Assembly (NCBI GenBank): GCA_949298575.1
Contig: CASFXH010000009.1
Coordinates: 1,485-65,484 of the forward strand
From: an uncultured Parabacteroides sp.
GTDB lineage: Bacteria; Bacteroidota; Bacteroidia; Bacteroidales; Tannerellaceae
Direction: 5' to 3'
Length of the DNA stretch: 64,000 bases
Of this stretch, positions 53,088-64,000 are shown one piece after another. The notes beneath the pieces are model-generated. The model searched no databases, was not told where the DNA came from, and saw only the letters and a list, made by a program, of their open reading frames with translations. The translations under genes were made by a program, and so were the position numbers. Within the stretch, counting starts at the first letter, position 1; each line of letters opens with the position of its first letter.

Positions 53088-56000
53088 ATGACAGAAGAGA
53101 TAAAGAAAGTCCTGATCCTCGGGTCAGGCGCGTTGAAGATCGGAGAGGCAGGCGAGTTCGACTACTCTGGCTCCCAAGCCTTGAAAGCGATCCGTGAGGA
53201 GGGAATCGAGACAATCTTGATCAACCCCAATATCGCTACGGTGCAAACCTCAGATGGAGTAGCCGACCGGGTGTATTTCCTGCCGGTCACGCCTTTCTTC
53301 GTGGAAAAGGTGATTGAGAAGGAACGCCCCGATGGCATCCTGCTAGCCTTTGGCGGGCAGACAGCCTTGAACTGTGGCGTGGCGCTTTACCAAAGTGGAG
53401 TATTGGAGAAATATCACGTTCGGGTATTGGGTACCCCCGTACAGGCGATTATGGACACGGAAGATCGCGAGCTATTCGTCCAACGACTGGATGAGATTGG
53501 CGTGAAGACGATCAAGAGCGAGGCGGTCGAGAGCATCGAAGACGCTCGACGGGCCGCCCGTGAAGTGGGCTATCCAGTGATCGTTCGTGCCGCCTATGCG
53601 TTGGGCGGCCTCGGTTCCGGATTTTGCGACAACGAGGAAGAACTGAACGTGATAGTCGAAAAAGCTTTCTCTTTCTCCCCGCAAGTATTGGTTGAGAAGA
53701 GTCTGAAGGGATGGAAAGAGGTGGAATATGAAGTGGTGCGCGACCGTTTCGACAATTGTATTACGGTCTGCAACATGGAGAATTTTGACCCGCTAGGCAT
53801 TCACACAGGCGAGTCAATTGTTATCGCTCCCTCGCAGACTTTGAGCAATACGGATTATCATAAGCTCCGTTCGCTGGCGATCCGTATTATCCGTCACATT
53901 GGGATCGTGGGTGAATGCAACGTGCAGTACGCTTACGATCCCGAATCGGAAGATTATCGGGTGATCGAAGTGAATGCCCGTCTCTCCCGCTCCTCAGCGT
54001 TGGCCTCTAAAGCGACGGGCTATCCACTGGCGTTTGTTGCCGCGAAGTTAGGGTTGGGATACGGATTGTTCGACTTGAAGAACTCCGTGACGAAGACCAC
54101 GAGCGCCTTTTTCGAGCCAGCTCTTGATTACGTAGTCTGCAAGATTCCACGTTGGGACTTGGGCAAATTCCACGGCGTGGATCGGGAGTTGGGCAGCAGT
54201 ATGAAGTCGGTGGGCGAAGTGATGGCCATCGGTCGCACGTTCGAGGAAGCGATCCAGAAAGGTTTGCGGATGATCGGTCAAGGCATGCATGGTTTTGTAG
54301 AGAACAAGGAGTTGGTGATTCCCGATATCGACAAGGCCCTCCATGAACCGACCGACCGTCGTATCTTCGTTATCTCAAAGGCTTTCCGAGCAGGCTATAG
54401 CGTTGACCAGATCCATGAGCTGACCATGATCGACCGCTGGTTTCTCCAGAAGCTTTACGATATCATGCAAACCTCAAAAGAATTACACGCTTACGACTTG
54501 AAAGGCGTAAACCGTTGGCGTCTCGATCCACAATTGGTACGCTTGGCGAAACGACAGGGTTTCTCCGATTTCCAGATCGCCCGGGCCATCGGTCTCGATG
54601 ACAACTTAGAAAAAGGCATGATGCTTGTCCGCCAATACCGTAAGGAACATGGCATCCTTCCAGTAGTAAAGCAAATCGATACATTGGCGGCGGAATATCC
54701 GGCGAAGACCAATTATCTGTACTTGACTTATAACGGCACGGAGAACGATATCGACTACGAGCATGACCATCGCTCGATCATCGTTCTCGGATCTGGCGCT
54801 TACCGCATCGGATCATCAGTTGAGTTTGATTGGTGTGGCGTGCAAGCGTTGAACACCATCCGTAAAGAAGGTTGGCGCTCGGTTATGATCAATTACAATC
54901 CTGAGACGGTCTCGACCGATTACGATATGTGCGATCGACTCTATTTTGACGAATTGACCTTTGAGCGTGTCATGGATATTATTGATCTGGAGAGCCCGCA
55001 CGGTGTCATTGTCTCGACAGGCGGGCAAATCCCGAACAATTTGGCGATGCGCCTCGATGAGCAGCATGTAAATATTCTGGGTACCTCCGCTAAAAGCATT
55101 GACAACGCCGAGGACCGCGATAAGTTCTCCGCTATGCTCGATCGCATCGGAGTGGACCAACCCGAATGGAGCGCGTTGACCTCGATGGATGACATCAACG
55201 CCTTCGTCCGAAAGGTTGGATTCCCTGTCTTAGTGCGACCGAGTTATGTATTAAGTGGCGCGGCAATGAATGTCTGCTCCAACCAAGAGGAACTGGAACG
55301 TTTCCTCAAACTGGCAGCCAATGTCTCGCAAAAGCATCCTGTCGTCGTTAGCCAATTCATCGAGCATGCCAAGGAAGTGGAGATGGATGCCGTGGCCGAT
55401 AAAGGCGAGATTATCATGTACGCCATCAGCGAGCATATCGAGTTCGCCGGTGTACACTCGGGCGACGCCACAATCCAGTTTCCGGCACAAAAGCTCTATG
55501 TCGAGACGGTTCGCCGCATTAAGCGCATCAGTAAGCAGATCGCCAAGGAGCTGAATATTTCCGGTCCTTTCAATATCCAATATTTGGCGAAAGGGAACGA
55601 GATCAAGGTGATCGAATGTAACTTGCGAGCCTCGCGGAGTTTCCCCTTCGTATCAAAGGTGCTTAAGATCAACTTCATTGAATTGGCTACTCGTATCATG
55701 CTCGGTCTACCTGTCGAAAAACCCAACAAGAACGAGTTTGACTTGGACTATGTGGGTATCAAGGCTTCGCAATTTTCCTTCAACCGATTGCAAAAGGCTG
55801 ATCCAGTCTTAGGGGTTGATATGGCTTCGACGGGCGAGGTCGGGTGTTTAGGAACAGATGTTTCCGAAGCGGTCTTAACCAGCATGTTGGCGGTCGGGCA
55901 GCGTATTCCGGAGAAAAACATCTTGCTCTCCACCGGTTCACCAAAGCAGAAAGTCGATATGCTCGATGCCGCGAAGATGTTAGCGGCGAAAGGCTATAAC

Positions 56001-56318
56001 CTTTATGCCACAGGCGGTACCTACCGCTTCTTACAGGAGAATAACATCCCTTGCACATTGGTTTATTGGCCCAGCGAAGAAGGGCAGACACCCCAAGCGC
56101 TCACGATGCTTCATGAGCGAAAGATTGATCTGGTGGTCAACATCCCTCGCGATCTTTCGGCCGGTGAGCTGACCAATGGCTACAAGATCCGTCGGGCGGC
56201 AATCGACCTCAACATCCCCTTGATCACGAACGCTCGCTTAGCGAGCGCGTTTATCCAAGCGTTTTGCACAATCGCGATGGACGATATTCACATTAAGAGT
56301 TGGCAAGAATATAAATAA
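53088..56318 (+). CDS. carB: Carbamoyl-phosphate synthase large subunit
   Basis: GEFDYSG, two ATP-grasp halves, MGS-like C-terminus. Confidence 0.97.
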   Translation: MTEEIKKVLILGSGALKIGEAGEFDYSGSQALKAIREEGIETILINPNIATVQTSDGVADRVYFLPVTPFFVEKVIEKERPDGILLAFGGQTALNCGVALYQSGVLEKYHVRVLGTPVQAIMDTEDRELFVQRLDEIGVKTIKSEAVESIEDARRAAREVGYPVIVRAAYALGGLGSGFCDNEEELNVIVEKAFSFSPQVLVEKSLKGWKEVEYEVVRDRFDNCITVCNMENFDPLGIHTGESIVIAPSQTLSNTDYHKLRSLAIRIIRHIGIVGECNVQYAYDPESEDYRVIEVNARLSRSSALASKATGYPLAFVAAKLGLGYGLFDLKNSVTKTTSAFFEPALDYVVCKIPRWDLGKFHGVDRELGSSMKSVGEVMAIGRTFEEAIQKGLRMIGQGMHGFVENKELVIPDIDKALHEPTDRRIFVISKAFRAGYSVDQIHELTMIDRWFLQKLYDIMQTSKELHAYDLKGVNRWRLDPQLVRLAKRQGFSDFQIARAIGLDDNLEKGMMLVRQYRKEHGILPVVKQIDTLAAEYPAKTNYLYLTYNGTENDIDYEHDHRSIIVLGSGAYRIGSSVEFDWCGVQALNTIRKEGWRSVMINYNPETVSTDYDMCDRLYFDELTFERVMDIIDLESPHGVIVSTGGQIPNNLAMRLDEQHVNILGTSAKSIDNAEDRDKFSAMLDRIGVDQPEWSALTSMDDINAFVRKVGFPVLVRPSYVLSGAAMNVCSNQEELERFLKLAANVSQKHPVVVSQFIEHAKEVEMDAVADKGEIIMYAISEHIEFAGVHSGDATIQFPAQKLYVETVRRIKRISKQIAKELNISGPFNIQYLAKGNEIKVIECNLRASRSFPFVSKVLKINFIELATRIMLGLPVEKPNKNEFDLDYVGIKASQFSFNRLQKADPVLGVDMASTGEVGCLGTDVSEAVLTSMLAVGQRIPEKNILLSTGSPKQKVDMLDAAKMLAAKGYNLYATGGTYRFLQENNIPCTLVYWPSEEGQTPQALTMLHERKIDLVVNIPRDLSAGELTNGYKIRRAAIDLNIPLITNARLASAFIQAFCTIAMDDIHIKSWQEYK

Positions 56319-56333
56319 TTTAAATGTAGCATA

Positions 56334-56969
56334 ATGATAGACAGATTGGCAGGAATTGTCGAGCGGATCTCTTCCCTCTATTTCCCGATGAGCGCGGAAG
56401 CTAAGCGGAAACTCGCTTCGATCTTGATTCGGACTGACGTGAAAAAAAACGCCCTTTTCAAGGCACCAGGCGAGGTTTGCGACCAGATCTGCTTCGTCCA
56501 CAAAGGCATGGTGCGACAATTTTATTATAAGAACAACAAGGACCTGACAGAACATTTCGCATACGAGAACGCTTTTTTCTTCTGCATCGAGAGCTTCTTT
56601 CGCAGCGTGCCATCAGAAATCTTAGTCGAGGCGCTTGAGCCAACGGTCGTGTACGGAATACCCCACGACCCTCTTCTTGAGCTTGTCGATCAAGACTTGG
56701 AAATTGATCGGTTCTACCGTTCGTTGCTCGAGCGTTCGCTTATCATCTCACAGCGGAAGATGGACATGGTCCGCTTCGAATCAGCGAATGAACGCTATGC
56801 CCGTTTACTCAAGGAAGACCCTGAGATCATCAAGCGAGCCCCATTGGCCTACATCGCCTCTTACCTCCTGATGACGCCTGAGACCCTTAGCCGTGTGCGT
56901 GCCGGGGAAGGACGTCGAGGACAAGAGAAAAAGGAAGTTATTGAACAAGACATAAATAAAGAAGAATGA
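56334..56969 (+). CDS. Crp/Fnr family transcriptional regulator
   Basis: cNMP-binding fold; IASYLLMTPETLSRVR HTH. Confidence 0.88.
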   Translation: MIDRLAGIVERISSLYFPMSAEAKRKLASILIRTDVKKNALFKAPGEVCDQICFVHKGMVRQFYYKNNKDLTEHFAYENAFFFCIESFFRSVPSEILVEALEPTVVYGIPHDPLLELVDQDLEIDRFYRSLLERSLIISQRKMDMVRFESANERYARLLKEDPEIIKRAPLAYIASYLLMTPETLSRVRAGEGRRGQEKKEVIEQDINKEE

Positions 56970-57706
56970 AAATAGGTTTGTTTATACCTTGTTACATCAA
57001 CGCGGTCTACCCAGAGGTGGGTATCGCGTCCTATAAATTGTTGAAACATCTAGGACTGGATGTCGACTACCCGCTTGACCAAACATGCTGTGGCCAGCCA
57101 ATGGCCAACGCGGGGTTCGAAGGTGAGGCCACTCGGTTGGCGGAACGAATGGAGACATTGTTCGAGCCTTACGATTTCGTGGTGGGCCCGTCGGCCAGCT
57201 GCGTCGCTTTCGTTAAGGAGAATCATCCCCGGATCTTGGCGGCCGAACGCCACACTTGCCAGAACGCCGAAAAGATTTATGACATCTGTGAGTTTCTGCA
57301 TGATGTGGTGAAACCCTCAAGCCTGCCTGCGGTTTTTCCTCATAAGGTCAGTCTTCACAACAGCTGTCACGGCGTGCGAGAGTTGGGGCTCTCCTCTCCA
57401 AGCGAACGTAATATTCCTCGCTATTCCAAGCTTCGAGACTTGCTCTCGTTAGTAAAAGGCATCGAGGTATTTGAGCCGAAGCGGGTCGATGAGTGTTGCG
57501 GCTTTGGAGGTATGTTCTCCATCGAGGAGCCGGAAGTCTCCGCTCGCATGGGACATGACAAGGTGATGGACCACCTGAGTACCGGAGCCGAATACATCAC
57601 TGGGGCCGACAGCTCCTGCCTGATGCACATGGAAGGCGTCATCAAGCGTGAGCATCTACCTATCAAGACTATCCACATTATTCAAATTTTAGCGAACGGA
57701 CTATGA
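56966..57706 (+). CDS. lutA: Lactate utilization Fe-S protein LutA/YkgE
   Basis: QTCCGQP, HNSCH, ECCGFGG, DSSCLMH. Confidence 0.88.
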   Translation: MKIGLFIPCYINAVYPEVGIASYKLLKHLGLDVDYPLDQTCCGQPMANAGFEGEATRLAERMETLFEPYDFVVGPSASCVAFVKENHPRILAAERHTCQNAEKIYDICEFLHDVVKPSSLPAVFPHKVSLHNSCHGVRELGLSSPSERNIPRYSKLRDLLSLVKGIEVFEPKRVDECCGFGGMFSIEEPEVSARMGHDKVMDHLSTGAEYITGADSSCLMHMEGVIKREHLPIKTIHIIQILANGL

Positions 57707-59073
57707 GCACACGACATTCTATAGCGGCCGCCCACTTTCTGGAGAATGAGCGGCAAAGCGCTTGGCACGACGAGACGCTCTGGCTTGTCCGCCAGAAGCG
57801 GGATAAGGTTAGCCACTCGCTGCCTGAGTGGGAACGCCTGCGAGACTTGGCCTCGGAGATCAAGCTGTATTCCAACAGCCATCTGGATACCCTCTTAGAG
57901 GAATTCGAGCGGAACGCGACCGCCAATGGCGCAACCGTCCATTGGGCGAAAGACGCCGATGAGCATAACCGGATCGTCTACGACATCCTGGCTCAACACG
58001 GCGCGAAGAACCTGATCAAGAGCAAGTCCATGCTCACCGAAGAATGTCGCATGAACGCGTTCTTGATGGCGAGGGGAATCGATGTAATCGAGAGCGACCT
58101 AGGGGAACGCATCCTCCAACTGATGCACCTGGAGCCAAGCCATATCGTGATGCCCGCCATCCACATCAAGCGAGAAGAGATCGCCAAGATGATGGTCCGG
58201 GAGATGGGTACCGAGCCGGGTAATAGCGACCCGACTTACCTGACACATGCGGCCCGCAAGAACCTGCGAGAGAAGTTTCTTCACGCTGACGCGGCCTTGA
58301 CGGGCGCCAATTTCGCGGTTGCCTCGACGGGTGATATCGTCGTCTGCACCAACGAGGGGAACGCCGACATGTGTACCTCCTTTCCCAAGCTCCACATCGC
58401 CACTTTCGGCATGGAGAAGATCGTACCCAACCTCGAGTCGCTAGGCGTCTTCACCCGCCTCCTCGCCCGCTCTGGTACGGGACAGCCCTCCACGACCTAC
58501 ACCTCGCATTACCGCCGTCCAATGAACGGGCAAGACTTCCATATCATCATCGTGGACAATGGACGGAGCGACATCCTTGCTATGCCTGATCACGTGCGGA
58601 CACTGAATTGTATTCGCTGCGGCGAGTGCATGAATACTTGCCCGGTCTACCGCCGGAGTGGCGGCTACGCTTATACCTATTTCATTCCCGGGCCGATTGG
58701 GATCAATCTCGGGATGCTGAAAGATCCAAAAACTTACGCCGACAACGTCGCGGCCTGCTCCCTTTGTCTCTCCTGCTCGAACGTCTGCCCTGCCAAAGTA
58801 GACTTGGGTGAGCAGATCTATCGGTGGCGGCAGAAGCTGGACAGCCTAGGGCGGGCCAACCGTGAGAAGAAACTGATGTCTCTCGGCATGAAGTACCTCA
58901 TGGAACGCCCGGCGTTGTTCAACACGGCCCTGAGGTTCGCTCCTGTCGTCAATCATCTCCCTCGTCCATTGATCTATAATAGCCTGAACGCTTGGGGAAA
59001 GGGACGCGAGCTGCCGACTTTCGCCAAGGAGTCTTTTAATACGATGTGGAAGAATAACAAAGTAAATAAGTAA
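57703..59073 (+). CDS. lutB: Lactate utilization protein LutB/YkgF
   Basis: KSKSM, ESDLGE, CIRCGECMNTCPVY, CSLCLSCSNVCP. Confidence 0.92.
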   Translation: MSTRHSIAAAHFLENERQSAWHDETLWLVRQKRDKVSHSLPEWERLRDLASEIKLYSNSHLDTLLEEFERNATANGATVHWAKDADEHNRIVYDILAQHGAKNLIKSKSMLTEECRMNAFLMARGIDVIESDLGERILQLMHLEPSHIVMPAIHIKREEIAKMMVREMGTEPGNSDPTYLTHAARKNLREKFLHADAALTGANFAVASTGDIVVCTNEGNADMCTSFPKLHIATFGMEKIVPNLESLGVFTRLLARSGTGQPSTTYTSHYRRPMNGQDFHIIIVDNGRSDILAMPDHVRTLNCIRCGECMNTCPVYRRSGGYAYTYFIPGPIGINLGMLKDPKTYADNVAACSLCLSCSNVCPAKVDLGEQIYRWRQKLDSLGRANREKKLMSLGMKYLMERPALFNTALRFAPVVNHLPRPLIYNSLNAWGKGRELPTFAKESFNTMWKNNKVNK

Positions 59074-59082
59074 GCAAGCACC

Positions 59083-59661
59083 ATGAACAGTAAAGAAGAG
59101 ATCTTGTCTAGAATAAGGCGGAACACGGGAACTCGCCACGGGATGCCCGACCTCGTTCTCCAGCCCATCACCTACGCCGACCCTTGGGAAGCCTTCGCCG
59201 AGAACCTGGCCGCGGCGGGCGGCAAAGCCCTCCGAATCGAGGAGGGCGAAAGCGTCGAACAGGCCATCCGCAAGGCGTTCCCCGAGGCTAAGCGAGTGGC
59301 CTCCAACCTGCCCGGATTTCCCATTGCTACCTTCAACCCCGACGAACTGGACGACCCACGGGAGCTGGATGGGACCGACCTCGCGGTCGTCGCCGGCGAG
59401 TTCGCCGTGGCCGAGAACGGAGCTGTCTGGATCCCCTGCCAAGCCCGCCACAAGGCCCTCTATTTCATCCCCGAGGCGCTGGTGATACTCATTCCTCGCG
59501 AGCGGGTCGTCTGCCACATGCACGAGGCTTATCGCCTTGTCGCCGAGCGGGATTATCCCTACGGCGTCTTCATGTCGGGGCCCTCGAAAACGGCGGATAT
59601 CGAGCAGGCCCTTGTCTTCGGAGCCCATGGGCCCGTCCGCGTGATGGTAATCGGGTGTTGA
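59083..59661 (+). CDS. lutC: LUD-domain protein LutC/YkgG
   Basis: VAENGAVW, SGPSKTADIE, GAHGP. Confidence 0.88.
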   Translation: MNSKEEILSRIRRNTGTRHGMPDLVLQPITYADPWEAFAENLAAAGGKALRIEEGESVEQAIRKAFPEAKRVASNLPGFPIATFNPDELDDPRELDGTDLAVVAGEFAVAENGAVWIPCQARHKALYFIPEALVILIPRERVVCHMHEAYRLVAERDYPYGVFMSGPSKTADIEQALVFGAHGPVRVMVIGC

Positions 59662-59685
59662 TCGTAATGAATATCTTTTATTTAA

Positions 59686-60870
<1,185 letters not shown>

Positions 60871-60909
60871 CCCCTTGTGGCTTTCTAAACATCTCATACC
60901 CAGATGTTA

Positions 60910-60997
60910 TTATGATGCCCATTATAAGCATGTCATAATGCCTATTATTAGATGCTTACAATGGGCATTATTAGCACCTCATAACGCCCATTGTAAG
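60910..60997. repeat. Palindromic ~22-bp repeat cluster, copy 2
   Basis: Shares a 22-bp exact match and a 17/18 match with 24084-24128; 16/17 inverted repeat at 60955-60997. Confidence 0.8.
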
Positions 60998-61115
60998 AAA
61001 ACCATTATTGGAGGATGAATTTGACACGTCCGGAAGCATGAGGTGACGTAGGCGGAAAAGTTGACACGATTAAAACGCTCAAACTTCTTACGGAAATAGG
61101 AGAATATTTGAGTCC

Positions 61116-62369
61116 TCAAGAAAACTTTCCCGAAAGCCGCTTTGCGTTATCTATAATTTCTCGTTCGCCAGAGACCTCCCATTCTCGCATCAGCACCTTT
61201 CCGTCGCAGACTACAGTGTTGACGCAACTGCTGTCGGCGGCATAGACCAAGTTAGACAGGAAGTTGTAATTGGGAGTGAAAGCGGCCCTGTCGGTATCTA
61301 CCAAGCAAAAGTCAGCCAATGCCCCTTCTTCCACGCGGCCGATATCCCAGCCCGTGATCTTGGCACCCGCCCGGGTAGCCGACTCGAAGACCGACTCGAT
61401 GGGCGTAGCTGTTGGGTCGCCTCGCCAAACCTTCCCAACGAGCGAGGCGAGTTTCATGGCCTCGCGAATGTCGAGGTTGTTCGACGACGCGCATCCGTCG
61501 GTCCCCAAGGCCACGGTGACACCTGCCGCCCGCATCTCGTCAAAGGGGAAGCGATAGCCTGAGGCCAGCTTAAGATTCGACGCGGGATTGTGGACGACCT
61601 TCACGTGGTGATCAGCCAACATACGGATCTCGTCGGCATCCACGTGGATCGCATGAGCCAAGACCAAGCGGGGCGAGAGCACACCCAGCTGGTAAAGGTA
61701 ACGCACGGGAGTCGTCCCGAAATTCCGCCGACAGTCTTCCACCTCTTTCTCCGTCTCCGCCAGATGTAGGTGAATCAAGAGATTGTGTCGTTCGGCAAAA
61801 CGATGCGCCCACTGGAGCAAAGCTCCCGAGACGGTATAGATGGCATGTGGCCCAAGGCTGAAACGGATCCGAGGGCTATAAGCGTACATCTCCTCGTAAA
61901 GTTTCTCGACACCTCGCTGGCATTCGGCCGTGCGAGCAGGATCAAGCCCATCGAACAGGACCGCCGAGAGCACGGCCCGCATTCCCATCTCACAGACGGC
62001 GCGGGCCACCTCACGGTAGTGGTAGTACATATCCATGAAACATGTCGTCCCGCTCTTGATCATTTCCAAGCAGGCTAGCTTGGTGCCCCAATAGATATCC
62101 TCACGGGTCAACTTCGCCTCGTTGGGCCAAATCTTTTGGGTCAGCCAAGGCTGGAGCGGCATATCGTCGGCAAAACCCCGGAAGAGCGTCATCGCGGCGT
62201 GCGTATGGCCGTTGAAAAAGCTGGGGATGGCGGCCCTGCCCATGCCATCGAGGGTCTCCAGCCCCTCGGCCGGGATGTTGGGCGCGATGCGGCTGATGCG
62301 GTTACCCTCTACGAGGATATCGACATTGCGTCCATCCACCCAAGTGTCTTGCACGAGGAGCTTGTTCAT
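61116..62369 (-). CDS. Amidohydrolase, MTA/SAH deaminase (MtaD)-like
   Basis: NGHTH, PHAIYT, HLHLAET, HNPASNLKL, LGTDG. Confidence 0.85.
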   Translation of the reverse strand: MNKLLVQDTWVDGRNVDILVEGNRISRIAPNIPAEGLETLDGMGRAAIPSFFNGHTHAAMTLFRGFADDMPLQPWLTQKIWPNEAKLTREDIYWGTKLACLEMIKSGTTCFMDMYYHYREVARAVCEMGMRAVLSAVLFDGLDPARTAECQRGVEKLYEEMYAYSPRIRFSLGPHAIYTVSGALLQWAHRFAERHNLLIHLHLAETEKEVEDCRRNFGTTPVRYLYQLGVLSPRLVLAHAIHVDADEIRMLADHHVKVVHNPASNLKLASGYRFPFDEMRAAGVTVALGTDGCASSNNLDIREAMKLASLVGKVWRGDPTATPIESVFESATRAGAKITGWDIGRVEEGALADFCLVDTDRAAFTPNYNFLSNLVYAADSSCVNTVVCDGKVLMREWEVSGEREIIDNAKRLSGKFS

Positions 62370-63730
62370 GGCTTTGGGGAATAAAGGTGATAGAACTCGG
62401 CAACAGCCTCAATGCCCTTGAAGAAATAGTCCAGCTCGCAACTCTCGTTGGGCGAATGGATGGCGTTCTGCTCGAGACCGAAGCCCATGAGTACGCTCTT
62501 TATGCCCAAGATCCGTTCGAACGCGGCGATGATGGGGATACTGCCCCCACGACGGACGGCTAAGGGGCGTTGGCCAAAGGCGATGCGCATAGCCTCCTCG
62601 GCAGCCTTATAGGCCGGCATGTCGATAGGGCAGACGTATCCCTGGCCGCCATGGCTCGGGGTCACTTTCACCTTAACATAGGGTGGGGCGACGCGTCGCA
62701 TGTGCTTCTCGAAGAGGCGGGAGATCTTCCCATGGTCCTGGTGGGGCACTAAGCGGGTGGAGACTTTGGCATAGGCCTTCGAAGGCAATACGGTCTTACT
62801 CCCTTCGCCGGTATAACCACCCCAGATACCGCAGATGTCGAACGAGGGACGGCAACTGTTGCGCTCGAGCGTCGAGTAGCCCTTCTCGCCGAAGAGAGCG
62901 TCTACGCCGATCGCCGCCTTGTACTTCGCCTCGTCGAAAGGTATGCGGGCGATCATCTCCCGTTCCTCCGGAGAGACCTCTTCCACGTCATCGTAGAAAC
63001 CGGGGATGGTGATCCGCCCGTTAGAGTCGACCAGGCTGGCCAAAAGCTGACACATGACGTTGATCGGGTTGGCGACGGCCCCGCCGAAATGGCCCGAATG
63101 GAGGTCGCGGTTCGGCCCCGTGACTTCCACTTCCCAATACGCCAGGCCGCGCAAGCCCGTCGTCAACGAGGGGACTTCCTTGCTGACCATGCTCGTGTCG
63201 GATACCAGGATGACGTCGGCCTTGAGCAAGTCCTTGTTGGCCTCGCAATAAGCCTCCAGGTTCGTGGAGCCAATCTCTTCCTCCCCCTCGAAGAGGAACT
63301 TGACGTTGCAGCCGAGTATGCCCTCCGCGAGAGCCGTCTCAAAGCCTTTGATCTGCGTCATACCTTGGCCCTTGTCGTCGTCGGCGCCCCGTCCCCAGAT
63401 CCGTCCGTCGTGGATTGTCGGCTCGAAGGGATCCGTATTCCACAGCTCCAAGGGTTCAGCGGGCATCACGTCGTAATGGCCATAGACCAGTACCGTCGGC
63501 GCCTCGGCGGAGATCAGCCGTTCGGCGTAGACAATGGGGTTGCCTGCCGTCGGTGTGATCCTTGCCCCCGTCGCGCCGGAAGCCATCAATAAGTTCGCCA
63601 AGCGTTGGGCGCAGGCCAGCATGTCGGGCTTATGCTCCTCCAACGCGCTAATGGAAGGGATACGCATCAAGCCGAACAGCTCTTCGAGGAAGCGCCCCTT
63701 GTTTGTCTCGATATAACTCTTTACTGACAT
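62366..63730 (-). CDS. M20 family dipeptidase
   Basis: YGHYDV, RGADDDKGQ, EGEEEIGS, DLHSG, HSPNE. Confidence 0.93.
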   Translation of the reverse strand: MSVKSYIETNKGRFLEELFGLMRIPSISALEEHKPDMLACAQRLANLLMASGATGARITPTAGNPIVYAERLISAEAPTVLVYGHYDVMPAEPLELWNTDPFEPTIHDGRIWGRGADDDKGQGMTQIKGFETALAEGILGCNVKFLFEGEEEIGSTNLEAYCEANKDLLKADVILVSDTSMVSKEVPSLTTGLRGLAYWEVEVTGPNRDLHSGHFGGAVANPINVMCQLLASLVDSNGRITIPGFYDDVEEVSPEEREMIARIPFDEAKYKAAIGVDALFGEKGYSTLERNSCRPSFDICGIWGGYTGEGSKTVLPSKAYAKVSTRLVPHQDHGKISRLFEKHMRRVAPPYVKVKVTPSHGGQGYVCPIDMPAYKAAEEAMRIAFGQRPLAVRRGGSIPIIAAFERILGIKSVLMGFGLEQNAIHSPNESCELDYFFKGIEAVAEFYHLYSPKP

Positions 63731-63766
63731 AATTCTATACCTTATATTATATATATATACGCTCGT

Positions 63767-64000
63767 TTAAGGGTTGACCGCGGGGTCGATGAACAGCTTA
63801 CGGCGTAAGCCTTGATGGTTGGGATCGCCCATGTCCTTGATCTCGGCGAGGTGAACCTTCAGGTGTTCCGTCTGTCCATGCTTCGCCAACTCTCCGTCGT
63901 TCTTCCACTCTTCCTCGATGAAGAAGATGGTGCTGTCCGTATACGACTGGTACATGCCGTAGGAAAGGCAGCCCGGCTCATGGACCGTCTTTGTCTTACA
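63767..64000 (-). CDS. ABM-domain (putative quinol monooxygenase) protein, 5' end outside the window
   Basis: Frame stays open to the window edge: …TVHEPGCLSYGMYQS…EEW…HLK. Confidence 0.7.
   Translation of the reverse strand, partial: CKTKTVHEPGCLSYGMYQSYTDSTIFFIEEEWKNDGELAKHGQTEHLKVHLAEIKDMGDPNHQGLRRKLFIDPAVNP

Overview
64-kb chromosomal segment of a Bacteroidales bacterium. It looks Parabacteroides/Tannerellaceae-like, inferred from gene content and TAnnTTTG-type promoter boxes. Most of it is housekeeping: xth, YgiQ radical SAM, nhaA, pbpC with alpha-2-macroglobulin, PNP, GT2/LpxL/mtaB/mfd, lemA, rlpA, GH29, amn, holA, pyrK-pyrD, dapA, ligA, a complete PAPS-synthesis plus sulfotransferase operon, recQ, purF-carAB, lutABC, an esterase, an amidohydrolase and an M20 dipeptidase. 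I found no rRNA, tRNA, CRISPR array, integrase or transposase. The main unexplained structure is around 30-36 kb. A XerCD dif-like site (35936-35963) suggests this is the replication terminus, and it lies in a deep AT-rich trough. The trough also holds a 740-bp motif-rich intergenic region, a conserved XRE-HTH gene, and a GC-elevated, hairpin-rich ~330-nt region with its own leftward promoter, a candidate structured ncRNA. Other points: five unrelated families of palindromic intergenic tandem repeats (units of 22-23 or 41-43 bp); a frameshifted, probably deletion-scarred alpha-2-macroglobulin; a PD-(D/E)XK nuclease-like gene overlapping a truncated upstream partner at the left edge (possible defence pair); an AraC remnant; and a 58-aa secreted small ORF missed by the ORF track. 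All assignments come from reading the sequence; no searches were run.
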